From Cyanophora paradoxa CCMP329 (taxonomy: Eukaryota > Plantae > Glaucophyta), in contig QPMI01000173.1 of assembly GCA_004431415.1 (NCBI GenBank), positions 1 to 64,000 of the forward strand: DNA of 64,000 nt, given 5' to 3'. A program made the position numbers and the translations under genes. Below, in pieces: positions 1 to 12,811 of the stretch (position 1 is the first letter of the stretch; each line of letters opens with the position of its first letter). The notes under the pieces were generated by a model. It had not been told where the DNA came from and made no database searches. It saw only the letters and a program-made list of their open reading frames with translations.

Positions 1-1932
1 AACATCGCCATCGGTGCGCTGTACCCCGCGCCGAGCGCGGGCGTCCTTCCCGCCGCAGCCGAATGCGTCCCGGTACCCCGAAAGGCATTATCCGCGAGGC
101 GGGCGTCGCGATGAGCGCCATGCCCTTCCTCAATTTCTTCCCCCTCGTGCGCTCCTCGCTTTCCTGCCCTCGTACCCCTTCCCCCGCCGACTCCGGCGCG
201 CCTTCAGGTCTCTATGGTGGCAATCTGCGTCCTTTTGGGGTACTGGATCGTCGTCTTCTCCTTTCTCGCATCCGCTGGCGAGTGGAGCGATAAGACACTT
301 ATCTTCGTGACCTCCCCCCTCATGCGCGCCTGCCTGGTCCGCGTAACCCCCACCTGCCCCCATCCCCCCCCCTCCCCCCCCCCCCACAAATCCCCTATCT
401 GCCGCGAACACCCTTCCGAGGCCTGTCCCCCCCCAGGTGTACCACTTCCTGGGCCTATTCTGGACCCTGTTCCTCATCGAGGCCGTTGAGGAGACGACCG
501 TCGCCGTGTGTACCCAGTTCGCCTTTGTTTGCGCGCCGCATCCCGTCCGAGCCGCGTTCCCAGGGCGCCGTCGCGACGTGGTACTTCACCCGCGACAAAA
601 AGGTGCCCCTAACCCCTTCTTCGCCCCCCTGCTCCGCCAACCAGGGCGCCGCGCGCAGAACGGGCTGCCGCCCCGCCCCATCTTCTCCGCGTGGCGTCGG
701 GCCTCCTTTTACTCGCTCGGCTCCCTCATCTTCGGAGCCTTCATCGTCAACCTCGTCATGGTCAGCCGTACCCTCCTCCCCGTGGACGATCGCGCGCCTG
801 CTGAGCTCGGTCGGGGGCAGGTCTTCCGCACGATCTGCGAGTACATCGCCAGCAAGTTCCGCGACGTGCAGAATCCCGTGCTGAAGTACGGCTGCTGCTG
901 CTTCGCGGTGCGCAGCGCCCCGCTCTCCCTCCCTCGCCCTCGCCCCGCCTGTGTTGCTTACGTCCCTCGCCCCGCAGTGCTGCACCTGGATCTACGACCG
1001 CATCCTCAAGGTCCGCCAGACGCCGCGCCGCCCGCCGGGCTGCGCGCCGACAGCGCTCCCCCGCAGGCCGTCAGCCGCAACGCCTACATCCAGGTCGCGA
1101 TCTATGGGACCTCCTTCTGCTCCTCCGCGAACAGGTGCCGCTGGATCCCGCATAACCCCTGCACGTCCTCTCACTCGTCTTCCCTCCCCAGCGGCTTTGC
1201 CCTCCTGCTCCGTAACATCACGCGCGTTGCCGCTGTGAACACCATCTCCGTATGCCCTCCCCCCCCCTTCACCCCCCCCCCCCCAACCCCCACCCCCCTG
1301 CCCCTCCCGTCCCCCCTCCCCTCCCGCACCCCCTCCCTCCCCCCCGCTCGAATCTTCGCGAAGCGCCGCTCACCGACCCCGTCCCTCTTCCTCCAATCAG
1401 GACTTCCTCCTCTTCCTGGGCAAACTCACCGTCGTCTTCGGCACCACGGTACCCCCGTGCTCTTGTAACCCATTTCGTCTGGATTCGAACCCGCTGGCAG
1501 GCGATCTGCGCCCTTATCATGGTCGGCAAGAACATCAACGCCGCCCCCGTCGTCCCCACCTTCATCTGGTCCGCCCGCCCCCCGGCCCCTTCCAAAGTCG
1601 TACCCCCGATGCCCCGCCAGCGCCGTTATCGCGTACACCACCGCTGGCGCGTTCTTTGCTATCTGCCACGTCGCCATCGACACCATCCTCATGTGTAAGC
1701 CTGCCTCCAGCCCGTGCGCCCCGCTGCGCCCGCCGAGCGCCCGCCAGGCTTCTGCGAGGACTGCGAGCGCAACGACGGCTCGTCCGGGCGCGAGTACTAC
1801 ATGTCCGACTCTCTCAAGCGCTACATCGAGACGGTTCACCCCCGCCGCTTCCGCCCGCCTGCATCCCCCGGGCCCTTCCTGATGCGGCCTTATCTCTCCC
1901 TGCAGACACACCAGCAGACGTCGATGAAGTAG
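1..1932 (+). CDS. Choline transporter-like (CTL/SLC44) protein, 3' part; multi-exon, 5' end outside the window
   Basis: Splicing GT-AG introns gives IAIGIIREAG..., YHFLGLFW, VAGAVATWYF, SLGSLIFGAFI, SRNAYIQVAIYGTSFCSSA, DFLLFLGK and IDTILMCFCED.ERNDGS..REYYMS, all typical SLC44 motifs. Stop TAG at 1930-1932. Confidence 0.93.
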
Positions 1933-2151
1933 GGCTTAGTTGAACATCTTTTTCCTTTATAGGCTGCTAGGATCGCTTATTGGAGGGTAGTTAGGATCTA
2001 GTGTCCGTGTCTTTTTCTTTACTGCTCTGCTCGGCCAGCGCCGGCCCCTGGCTATCTCGCTAGCCGTCTGCGCGCGTCCGCGGTGTACGATGACAAGCGT
2101 GCACTGCTCTGCGTGATTCCGAGACGGGCCGCCGGGCGCGAGCGCGAGCGT

Positions 2152-2288
2152 GAGCTGGACGCGCGGCGCTGATATCGATGCGCATGCTGCAGCTGCGCTA
2201 GCTGCGCATGCCTGGCCCCGCGCGCGGGCGCTAGTGCTCGCGGACGGCAGTTACAGCTGAGCCTCGAGCTGGACGCGCGGCGCTGATA
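2152..2288. repeat. 23-bp direct repeat GAGCTGGACGCGCGGCGCTGATA, 2 copies, upstream of the LC8 gene
   Basis: Exact copies at 2152-2174 and 2266-2288. Confidence 0.85.
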
Positions 2289-2550
2289 CTGCCTCGCCGC
2301 GCGCGGGCCCGCCCGGACGGCCGCTATCCATATAGCTGGGCCTCGGCGCTGTCGACAAATTCCATCGACGTCATCACTTGCGCATGCCATGCTCAGCGGA
2401 TTGTAACAACCGTCCGCAGCATGCATATGCGCATGTGCGGCGAGAAGGCCGGAGGAGAAGCCCGGGTACAGGCACTACGCGGCTGCCGGGTACTTGGTCA
2501 CCAAACGCAACTCGCCAGTTTTAGCTCCGCTCTCTCGTCAACTAGCAACC

Positions 2551-3255
<705 letters not shown>

Positions 3256-3780
3256 TGAGTCATGACCAATTCAAGCTTCCTCTTGTGTTGCTGATTTGGC
3301 ATCGTGCAGGACCTCCGCCTCTCCCTCCGTCCCTCCTTTCCCTCTTAGCCATCCCTTGTGCGTAGACAGGTGTGTAAATCTTAGGCCATAAACATTGCAG
3401 CGAATGATCACAGAGTGTTCAAGCAAGCACTTTTCGGGTTTAGGTTGAACTGCACTTTCTCTTTCCCCACTTCCTTCAAGTACTGCTCGGCGCTCGCAGC
3501 ATCGAAGTCTGAAGCAACTGATAGTTCACGGTACACAAACGAAGCTAACCACATCGGAGTTGTTTGTCATGCGGGTCGGAACGGGCGATGGATCGATCAT
3601 TAAACGCAAACACAACGAACGACTGAGATACGAACGCTGGTATGCGAGCAGGCAAAGACGGACGAGAAGCAGCACTTCCGCCGGCGCCTGGAGACGATCT
3701 TTGTGTCTGCGTGGCTTGTGAATTGGGGAATTTGCATTTGGTGAAAGAGGAGTCGGGGGCTGATCATGAGCTCAAGGCAA

Positions 3781-3860
3781 TTTCCTCCGATTAGCGTATA
3801 TTATGTTTTAGAAGCCATCACACAAACGGTCCGGCAATTAAATGTTATCGTCTTTGGAAA
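3781..3860 (-). ncRNA. Box C/D snoRNA, U54/SNORD54-like, copy 1, with non-canonical boxes
   Basis: Terminal stem TTTCC/GGAAA; box C AAGACGA (3854-3848); D' CGGA (3833-3830); C' GTGATGG (3821-3815); guide TAATATACGCTA (3803-3792) complementary to the conserved 18S rRNA segment UAGCGUAUAUUA; box D CGGA (3789-3786). Confidence 0.8.
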
Positions 3861-4030
3861 CTGGCCGAGTCGGTCCATCCGAATGAAAGAAGAAGAAACG
3901 CACACAGAAGGTCTGGCGCCGGCCGGCGCAGGCGAGATCGTGGCCGCGAAACAAGGGCAGACTACTGCTCAGGAGAGTTAGACAGGACTACACGGGATTC
4001 AGCGGTTGGTGGGAGAGTCGCGCAAGTGAA

Positions 4031-4109
4031 GTTCCTCCGATTAGCGTATATTATGTTAAAGCCATCACGCAAGCGGTCCGGCAATCAAGTAGGTTTTCGT
4101 CTTCGGAAC
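4031..4109 (-). ncRNA. Box C/D snoRNA, U54/SNORD54-like, copy 2, with non-canonical boxes
   Basis: Terminal stem GTTCC/GGAAC, a compensatory change relative to copy 1. Same boxes (C 4103-4097, D' 4080-4077, C' 4068-4062, D 4039-4036) and identical guide (4053-4042), while the spacers have diverged. Confidence 0.8.
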
Positions 4110-4383
4110 GCTTTAGGCGGTGCCGCGTCGGGTGCACCTGATTGCTGGGCGTGTGGACGTCGCGTTATCCGCCCGATCGCAGCTTCCCGCGAGCCGATCG
4201 CCGGACGATGCGGCGATCGCACCTGACACGCAGGGGGCGCTTATTGGAGGATGCGATGAGTAACTGCAGCGCTGCGCAGCCGCGCGAAAGTGTGCGTCGC
4301 TAGCGCTGGCGTCGTTAGGCGCTTCCGGGAAATTCCGTGCTGGAAAAAAGAGTCAGGGGTACAATCCAGCAGCTCAGGAAAAA

Positions 4384-4964
4384 ATGTCGACGCCGGCGCG
4401 CCGGCGGCTCATGCGGGACTTCAAGGTGCTGCAGGAGGACCCTCCACAGGGTATCAGCGCAGCTCCGAGGGAGAACGACATTATGCAGTGGGAGGCCGTC
4501 ATATTCGGGCCTGAGGTGCGCTCTGGACGCCCTAGGCCAGCATACACGTGATAGTGGCGCCTGTGCCTCGCCCCCCGGTCGCCGCGCTCGAAGCTTTCGC
4601 GAAGCTGATCCCAGGCACGGCGCGCTGCCGTGGAGCGCAGAACACGCCCTGGGAGGATGGAACCTTCAAGCTGAGCCTTGTTTTCACGGAGGACTACCCC
4701 AACAAAGCGCCCACCGTGAAGTTCCTGACGCGTATGTTCCATCCGAACATCTACGCCGACGGTAGCATCTGCTTGGACATCCTGCAGAACCAGTGGAGTC
4801 CCATCTACGACATTGCATCCATTCTCACCTCCATACAGTCCCTGCTATGCGACCCGAACCCGAACTCCCCAGCCAACTCGGAGGCAGCCCGGCTCTACCA
4901 GGAGAACAAGCGGGAGTATGAGCGGCGAGTAAAGCAGGTCGTAGAAGAGAGCTGGACCTCTTGA
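4384..4964 (+). CDS. RAD6: Ubiquitin-conjugating enzyme E2, Rad6/UBC2 type (2 exons)
   Basis: [14 protein letters not shown]...WEAVIFGPE, intron 4516-4640, then [11 protein letters not shown]...[25 protein letters not shown]...[17 protein letters not shown]. Confidence 0.96.
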
Positions 4965-5659
4965 CCGCCCTTGCGCCAACGCCGCACAGCATGCAACCGC
5001 TCAGCAAGAGGGCGCGCCCAGCATCGAAACGCGTGCAGCTAGCGGCGCCTCCTCTCCGGCCGTCCTCTTCCCGCCCTAGGAGCACCTTCTCCCCTGCGCT
5101 CTGCCTGGGCTTTCCATCGCCTTCCTTCCTTTTGGCGCCTATATCTCACTCCTCGTCGCATCAACTTCAGCCCTTTGTCTCCATCCCATGTTCCTTTCCT
5201 CTTCATGTTCTGCTGTCGGCGGTACCAACTGTAATTGTACGTTCCTTTTTTCTTGCACCTGCACGCGTTTTGCCGGGCGTTTCTTCTGGCCCAGTTCTGG
5301 GTTGCGCTCCTTTCGACTTGATCTGCTTCAATCCGTCTTATCCACTGGTCGTCTCGTTTTGTCGGCTTCCGTGGCCGTAAGCTTTCACCCTCGGGCTTTC
5401 AATTGGACAGGCCGCGGCCTAGGGCCCTGGCGGTGCTAGAACAGCGCGCGCGCGACCCCTCAGATCCGCTCAGATCAGATCCTCAGAGCATGCTTATGAG
5501 AAACAGGGCATGCACGGGAGCCGCATGCGCAACACCGGCAACTTGCTAGCGGGGGCCCGGGCGGGGGTGCGAGACGGGGTACAGCGCGTCTTTCAACTCC
5601 GAACTGGCGACGCGGGCTTAGCCGTAGGAAGGCGAGCCTTGGCTGAGGAAAGCGAGCGC

Positions 5660-7763
5660 ATGGAAGATGCAGCCAGCGACCGCCGCCGCAGGGGATCCGT
5701 CAGCGCTCGCTCAACCCCACAGCCAGCGGAGCCCCAAATGCCCGAGCCGCCGCCTCCTGCGATGGTGAGTGCCGCCCCTTGAAGCCCGCAGCCGGATGGC
5801 CTTAGCTACGGTTTTTACGTTTTTGGCGCAGAACTTCGACCCGTCCAACTTGCGGCCCTCGCAAGCGGCTCCCCGTCCAGAGGTCCAGGAATTCTCCGCA
5901 ATGAGAATACAGCGGTTCTGGCGCTCCCGGACCGTGCGAGCCGCCCAGCTGCGTTCGGGTTGCGATGCTCTAACCCGCGGCCTGCCCGCGGCCCGCAGAA
6001 CGTGCGGATTTACAAGTACTACAGAGATCTTATTTACTTCAGGGAGCGCGGCAACCCGCGCCAAATGCTCAAGAGCATCAACCCTCGCGAGGCGAGTCTG
6101 CTGGACGCGGCGGCCGGCGTGCACGTCCGTTTCCGGCTTGGGGGGGATGCTTTCCCGCCGAAGATCTATTACAAGATCTACACGCATGCAGCGCTGTGCG
6201 ATGTTGGGGCCTTCGCCCCGCGGGATTACACGCAGTACACCAACCCGCGGCCAGCGGATCTCTTCAACAAAGGGCGCTCCCTGCCGCGTGCGCGGCCCGC
6301 GCTTGACCAGCCGACCCCTTGCTTCGCTGCTGACGGCGCGGGGCAGCCGACGGGCGTGCAAACTGGTACAAGCGCGTGGAGAACAACGGATGGCGGCCGG
6401 TCACTGAGACGGTAATGCGGGGCGAGGACAACGTGACGCAGGTAGAAACTCGGAGCTGGGCTCGAAAGCCGTGATGCGCTTCCTTACGATCGGCAGAGCA
6501 CGGCGGCGGCGGCACGCGCGTTCCACTACTCGCGCATCAAGCGGCGCGAGCAGGTGGGGCACCTGACGTTCAGCTTCAGTCGACTGCCGCGTTGATTGGA
6601 ACCCTTTTACAGGTTGCCAAGCAGAAGAAGAGCCGGAAGATCGAGTGGATGATGAAAATGTGGGAGTCAATCGCATCTAGGTGCCCGCTGCTCTCTGAAC
6701 CGCATTTCGTGCAGGTACCGGGAAGGAAAGCAGCGCGAGGAAGGGGACGGCGGTGCGGACGGGCCCCGCCCCGGCAGCGGCGACGCCGACGCCGACGGCG
6801 GTGCGGGTAGCTTTTCCCTCCCCCGGCCCGCACCGGCGGGAGCTGAGCGTGGTGGGCTACAGAATTGGACGAATTCGAGATGGACAGGGAGGCGGAGAAG
6901 CTGCTCCAGTGGACCGCCGGCCTGGACTTCGAGGTAGCCCCTCCCCCCCCCCCCCCCCCCCCCCCTCCCCACACACACACACACACACACATGGCGATGC
7001 CAAGCGTACCCCCCGCAGGACTACCACTCGAACTGGGCGACTTTGGCGACGACGGGGCGCTCAGACGGTGCGCGAAAGAGGGCGGGGCGGTGCTTCGAAG
7101 GGGGCCTCGCCAACGGGGGCGGGGGCACTCAGGGATGGCGCACCTGTTGGTGCCCCAGTTCCGGTTCGAGGACGAGCTCGACATGGACGACGCATACCCG
7201 TACGGGGGGCTACCCGCGATGTGCGGCCCCCCACGCGCGCAGGCCGGCACAAGCCCCCTGACGCCCCACTCCCCGCCCGCAGGCCGGAGATGCAGCCTGC
7301 ACCATCGCCGTCGCCGCCGCCGCCGGCAGCCGCTGGCCACGCCGGCTCGAACGGCTCGCTGCAAGGCTCGTCGAAGTCGGGCAAGAAGCCGGGCGCGAGG
7401 GGGGATACCCCGCCGGCGTCGGCGGGGGCGCCCATCGAGCCCTGGGATCGGTCTGTCCCGGCGAGCCCCTCAGTCCCGCTGGCCGTCGCCCCGCCCGCCG
7501 CCGCGGCCGGAGCTTCCGGCGGCTCGGAGAAGGGGTCTCATCGGGGGCCCGGATCGGACAAGGGCGGTGCCGGGTCGGAGAAGGGCGGGACGGGCGGCGT
7601 GCCGGCGGCCTCTGGCTCGGAGAGGTCAGCGGGGGCCCCGTCGGGAGGGGCGGGGCCAGGCGGGCTCGGCTCGCGGCCGGCCAGCGGGAGCAGCGTGGCG
7701 TCGTCGGCGGTGGCGTCGGAGAAGCTGAGGCCCGCCCCAGAGCCCATCGGCGCGGGGGGCTAG
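5660..7763 (+). CDS. C11orf65/MFI-like IQ-motif protein with a low-complexity C-terminal tail; multi-exon, start uncertain (5660 or 5738)
   Basis: IQ motif AMRIQRFWRS, plus INPREASLLDAAAGVHVRFRLGG..FPPKIYYKI, WYKRVENNGWRPV, FHYSRIKRR, KIEWMMKMY and LLQWTAGLDFEDY..W. These match my recollection of the C11orf65 family. Confidence 0.85.
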
Positions 7764-7997
7764 GCGCTGGCGCCGGCGTCGAATCGCGTGTTTTTCTTCT
7801 CCCCTCTTTCTTTTCTTTATTCAGTGCAAAGCCGCACACGTGCTGCCCGCGCGCACGAGCTAGAGGGCTCGGAGATTGAAGCGGACCATTCTCGCCGGCT
7901 TGGCCATGGAATTCGAATTCGGAGCTCGAGTTTTGTGGGGGCTCGGGGGTACAGTCAGAGACTCTGAGAGCCCTGGCCGGGGTTCCAGTCGACGTCC

Positions 7998-10900
7998 ATG
8001 AAGCGAACTGCGGATGGCGAGCCTAAGGCAGCGCTTGCAGCTGCGCAGGCGACCGCCCCAGCGGCAGCGGAGGCAGCGGAAGCGGAAGCGTCAACTGATC
8101 ATGACGAAGTCTCCAATGGGCCGAGCCTCGACGACTTGCCTGACGAGCTGCTGCTGTCAATCATACAGCGTGTTGGCATGCGCTCAGCGCTGTGCCGGGC
8201 GCGCTTGTGGGCTGTCAGCAATCGCTTCGCCCGGCTGCTCGACACGGTCAAGTGGACGAACCCGGACGGCTTCCTGCAGATCCCAGTGAGGATTCTCGAT
8301 CCGCGACCTGACACGAACGCTGATGTTCTGGCCGTGGGCCAAAAGGAAGCGAAGGATCTAGAGGTCCTGGCGAGGTCAGTCCCACGCTTATGCGCGCTTA
8401 CACCTCAATCATTCTCTGCAATACACAAGCGTTGCGCGCTTGGCACTCATCCGCCGCTGGCCGCTTACGCCACACCGCAGGCTGCTCAAGCGCCGCATAC
8501 TGGCGGGCCCGCGGCGCCTGGCGCTGCTGGTGGACGTCAACAGCAGCTTCCTGGTGGGAGCGGTCGGCCATCGCGGGCTCGCGCGGCTCCTGCGGGCGGT
8601 CAAGAGCCTCGGGACAGTCGAGAAGCTCGTCATCGAGCTCGGTACCGTCGTCGATTCCCCCAACGGGTGCACGTGGCCAGGCGAGCTCTTCGCGTGCATC
8701 CTCTCCGGTGCGACTCCGCTCTTCTCCGCCCCGCCCCGCGCGCGGGGCCGCCCGGCGTGAGGCACGGGCAGCGATGGAGGGGTCCCGCTCGCTCCGGTCG
8801 CTGGACTTCGCGTCGCAGCGGCCCAAGCAGGGCCTGCGCCCCAAGCTCTGCGCCCTCGGCATGCCCGACCAGTGGCGCGCACTCCTCTCCACCCTCCCTG
8901 GTGCCCTCCACGTCGCCCCGCCTCCTGCACGCGCGCCTCACGGGGCCGCGCCTGCAGCGCTGACGTCGCTGCGGCTGCCGGCGACCGGCTTCGGGCGGGA
9001 TCATGTCACCGCCGTCGCCGCCTCCGTACCCCGCCTCGAAGTCCGCCACTTCCCGCTTCCTTCCCCCCCCCCCCCCCCCCCCCTCCCCCCCCCCCCCCCT
9101 CCAACCCCTTCCGACTCCTCTTCCCGCAGGTCCTCTCGCTGGGCGTGGCGGAGGCAAATGCTCTCCTGCCCTCGCGGCCCTCCCCGCCCTCCGCAACTTT
9201 GGTCCGCCAGTCCGAACCCCAACCCATCCAGTCCGATTTCGCTCGATGCCGCGTTGACCCGGGATCGATCCAGGGGCCTTCCACAACCCGCGCACGTTCC
9301 GCGACCGCTTCTTCTCCTTACCCGTCGAAGGTCCCGCCGCCCTCAGCCTGCGGTAGCCCCCCCCCCCTCCCCCCTCCCCCCCCCCCCCGCCCCTTGCCCT
9401 CCCCACTGCGTACCCCCTGACCTCCCTTTTCCCCCCGGGTACAGCTACCTGACGCTGGAGGGGGACACGAGCGCCGAGGCGCTCATCGCCATCCAGCGCT
9501 ACGAGCACCTCGAGCTCCTCAAGCTCGGGGTGCGCCCTCCCCGGCGCCCCGCCCCCGGCCTGGACGCCACTCGATTCTCCTGGTCCCAGTGCTCCGCCGC
9601 TCGCTCGAGCCTGCCCTTCTGGGACTGCCGGCGTCTGCTGAGCCCCGGACCGCCTCCCCCCTGCAGCTGGTGCAGGAGACGGTCGTGAACTGCCTGCACT
9701 TCGTCGAGCACCTCAGCCGCCTCGCCAGGCTCCGGTTCGCATCGCCCCGGGGCCCTCTCGTCGTCGCCCCGCCCCCCGCGCGACGCCCGCGCAGAGACTT
9801 CCGGGTGACGCTGCGGGGAGACGGGCGCACGTTCCTCGAGGCGGTGGCGCGCGCCGCCGACAGGATGCCCGCCCTCGAGGCCCGCCCCGCGCCCCTCCCA
9901 GCGCCCTGCCCCTCGTCGCCCACACCCTCGCAGGCCTTTCGCGCCGTCTTCGAGCGCGAGGTGGAGAGCGCGCGCGTTGCCTTCCTCGCCAACCACTTCC
10001 CCAAGAAGCTGCTCGGCTGGGAGCACCGCGCCTGCGGCACCCCCCTCTCCCTCCACGAGGCCCAGGTCCCCTCCCCCCGCCCGCCGCGCAGCCCGGCGCC
10101 GCCCGCGTCGAGCGGCGCGGGCAGGCGCTGGCGGGGTGCGAGCGGCTCGAGCGGGTGTGGCTCTGGCACGACGCGTCGCAGCCGCTGCCGCGCGGCGCCT
10201 TCGAGGCCCTCGGGCGGCTCCGGGAGGAGAAGTTCGGCTCGCGGCTCCGCATCTCCCTCCTCGCCGCGAACCCGGAGCAGGTGGCGCCCCTTCCCCGGAG
10301 CCCTAGACGGGACCACACTGCAGAGGCCGCGCCATCCCGGAAGCGGGCCGGGGGTGACGGGGGGGCAGGGGGAGCGGGCGCGCGGGGAGCTGGGGGAGGC
10401 GGTGCCGCACGCGGCGGTGGAGGTCGTCGCGGGGCAGCGCGCCGTCCCCGTCGTCCCCGTCGTGCGCCCCCCGCCCCCCGCCCGCCCCCGCCCCCGCCCA
10501 CCCTCTACCTCCCCTCCTCTACCCCTGCTCGCCCCTGCACTTGCTCGAGGCCCGCCTGGCGCTAGCTCCCCTGCCCCTCCGCCTCGGTCTGCCTGCGCCG
10601 GGGGAGCCGCTAAGCGGCTGCGCAGGGCCCCGCCCACCCGCTCCTCCAGGCACAGCAGCAGTTCCAGCAGCAGGTGCCGCCCCGATCCCCCGGCACGGCG
10701 CGGGAAGAGGGGTAGCGTGCTGAGGCGGCCCCGCGCAGATGCAGCAGCAGCAGGCGGTGGCGCAGCAGATCCAGCAGCAGGCCCTCCAGCAGGTGCGAGG
10801 CTGTCCCCGCCCCGGGCTAGAGCGCCCTCCTCCCTGCCCTGCTTCCTTCGCCGAGGCCGCCCCGCTCCGCCCCGCCCCGGCGCAGGTCGCCCATCTCCAC

Positions 10901-11316
10901 CAGCAGCTGCAGGCCCAGCAGCAGATGCTGCAGGTTCGATTTCCCGCGGGCCCCCTCTTTCGCTTTGTCCGCGTGGAGGCGCTGATGGGGGGGCAGGCGC
11001 AGCAGGCGCAGCTGCAGCAGCAGACGACGCAGCTCCAGCAGCAGAACGCGCAGCTGCTCGTCGCCGCCCAGCAGCCGGTCCGAGCCCCGGCGCGCCCGCC
11101 CCCGGCCTCTCCGCCCCTCACGCGCCAGCGCCGCAGGCGAACGCGCCGGCCATCGTGCAAGCGCTGGCGCCGCTGCAGGGGGTGCAGGTGCAGGCGACGA
11201 CGCACACGCACACGACGCACGCGGTGCAGGCGCAGCTGCTCGTCGTCCACCACCACACCCACCCCCACCCGCCCGGGCCGCACCCGCCGCCGCCCCCTCC
11301 GGCCCCGCACTCGTGA
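7998..11316 (+). CDS. F-box protein with an LRR-like body and a Gln/His-rich C-terminal tail (F-box A); multi-exon
   Basis: F-box SLDDLPDELLLSIIQRVG...LWAVSNRF; LRR-like segments (LTSLRLP, LELLKLG, CERLERVWLW); QQQ-rich exons at 10650-11070; ends HHHTHPHPPGPHPPPPPPAPHS*. Confidence 0.75.
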
Positions 11317-11720
11317 CCCTTGACGTTGATGTCGACGTCGACCGTCGTGCCTGCTGTCCTACTGCACTGCGGCGCTATATCTAGTCGGAGGGGTGGGGAG
11401 AGGTGTCGAAGCCCTAGCCCGAAGCCCGGGCCCGAATCTGAGCCCCGGCAAGACAGCCTGGCCTCGAGCTCTCATGATCACCGCCCCCGAGATTGCGATC
11501 CCTCTGTTCAGGTTGTTTGTGCACAGAGCGGCGGGCCCAACAGGGGCCCACGCCCCAACTCGACGAGGTTACTCTATAGCTTCTATAGCTAGCTGCAGCG
11601 GCCTCCCCCAAAAAAACACGGAGAGGCCGTGGCAGGGTAAGGGAAAGCCAAGCCTGCGCGAGATGCGCCACGGGGCGCCACTGCAGCTGCCGCGGCAGTG
11701 CCGTTCGTTGGGGGGAATGG

Positions 11721-12780
11721 CTAGAGGGCGTTGCGCTCCGCGAGACGGGCCATCAGCGCCGACTCGCGCAGCGCGAAGGTCACCTCGTCGCTCGGCACCG
11801 CCAGCCGCACCTGCGGGGCACGCGGGGGCGTGAGACTTGGGGGAAGGGGGGGGGGGGGGATGGGGGGGGGCAGAGTGCGGGGTACGGCGCGCCATGGCGT
11901 GGGCGCCGAGCGGGGCGCCCTCGACGCTGACGAGGCGCAGGGGGGCGAGGGTCTGCGGGGGGCGGGGGCGCCGGGTGGGAGGGGAGCGGGAGGAGCGGGG
12001 GCGGGGGCGGGGGCACCTGGGTGAGGAGGCGCCTGAAGTCGGTGCCGGAGAGGGGCGCGAGGCCGTACTTCCCGCAGAAGTCCCGGTACTGCCCCTCCAG
12101 CTGGGGTACACGCCTCAGCGGCTCGGGGGGGCGAGGGGGGGGGGGGGGGGGGGGGCACCGTGTGGTAGGGCATGTCGGGGTTCGAGCGCGCGTTCGACAG
12201 CGTCGCCGCGCAGTAAAGCAGCGCGTGCGCCTGGACGCGAGCGGGGTCGGGCCCCTCCTCCTGGTCGAGCGCGAGGAGGGGAGGGGCGGACCTGGTGCGA
12301 GGCGGCGGCCATGGTGGCGACGTAGGGCGACGAGTACCCCTCCTTCATCGCCGCGTCCACGTGCCGGATCTTGACCAGCCGCTCCTGCAAGGGCCCGGCC
12401 GGCCGGCCTGTCAGAAGAGGAAGAGGAGCGGCGGCGGGCCTCGCGCCCTCCCGCCCTGCTTGTTCCCCGGGCGGGGGCGGGGGCACCTCGGGGGCCTTGG
12501 CCGGCTGCTGCGAGGGCCCCGCCGAGGCCGAGGCGCCGGCCGTCGCCGCCCCCTTCCCCTTCTCCTTGCCCTGCTCCTCGCCTCCCTCCTTCCCCTTCTG
12601 CTTCCTCGAGCGGGGCGGGGTCGGCGGCGTCGGCTTCAGGTCCGCCAGCCGCCGCTTCTTCTTCCCCCCCGTTGCTGCTCCCTCCTTCTTCCGCTTCCTC
12701 CCCTCCGCCTCCTCCTCCTCCCCCTTCTCCTTCTCCTCCTCCGCTGCTGCTGTCACCGCCGACGATTCCGCCGCTGCCGC

Positions 12781-12811
<31 letters not shown>

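Larger units (their letters stand above)
3600..4265 (-). ncRNA. Putative non-coding snoRNA host gene (ends approximate), divergent from UBC2
   Basis: Minus-strand GT-AG introns can be drawn at 4222-4145, 4137-3965 (CTAAC branch near 3977-3981) and 3903-3707. The last two each hold one snoRNA. The joined exons show no obvious ORF. Confidence 0.6.

Noticed and set aside
3781-4109. The ~80-bp repeat pair read as a CRISPR array or an rRNA gene fragment
   Set aside because: There are only two diverged units and no cas genes. The rRNA match is only 12 nt and sits within box C/D architecture, so it is a guide.
3373-5234. TGTAA as a green-algal-type poly(A) signal after LC8 (3373) and RAD6 (5230)
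   Set aside because: A 5-mer seen in two 3' regions is too little evidence without poly(A) site data.
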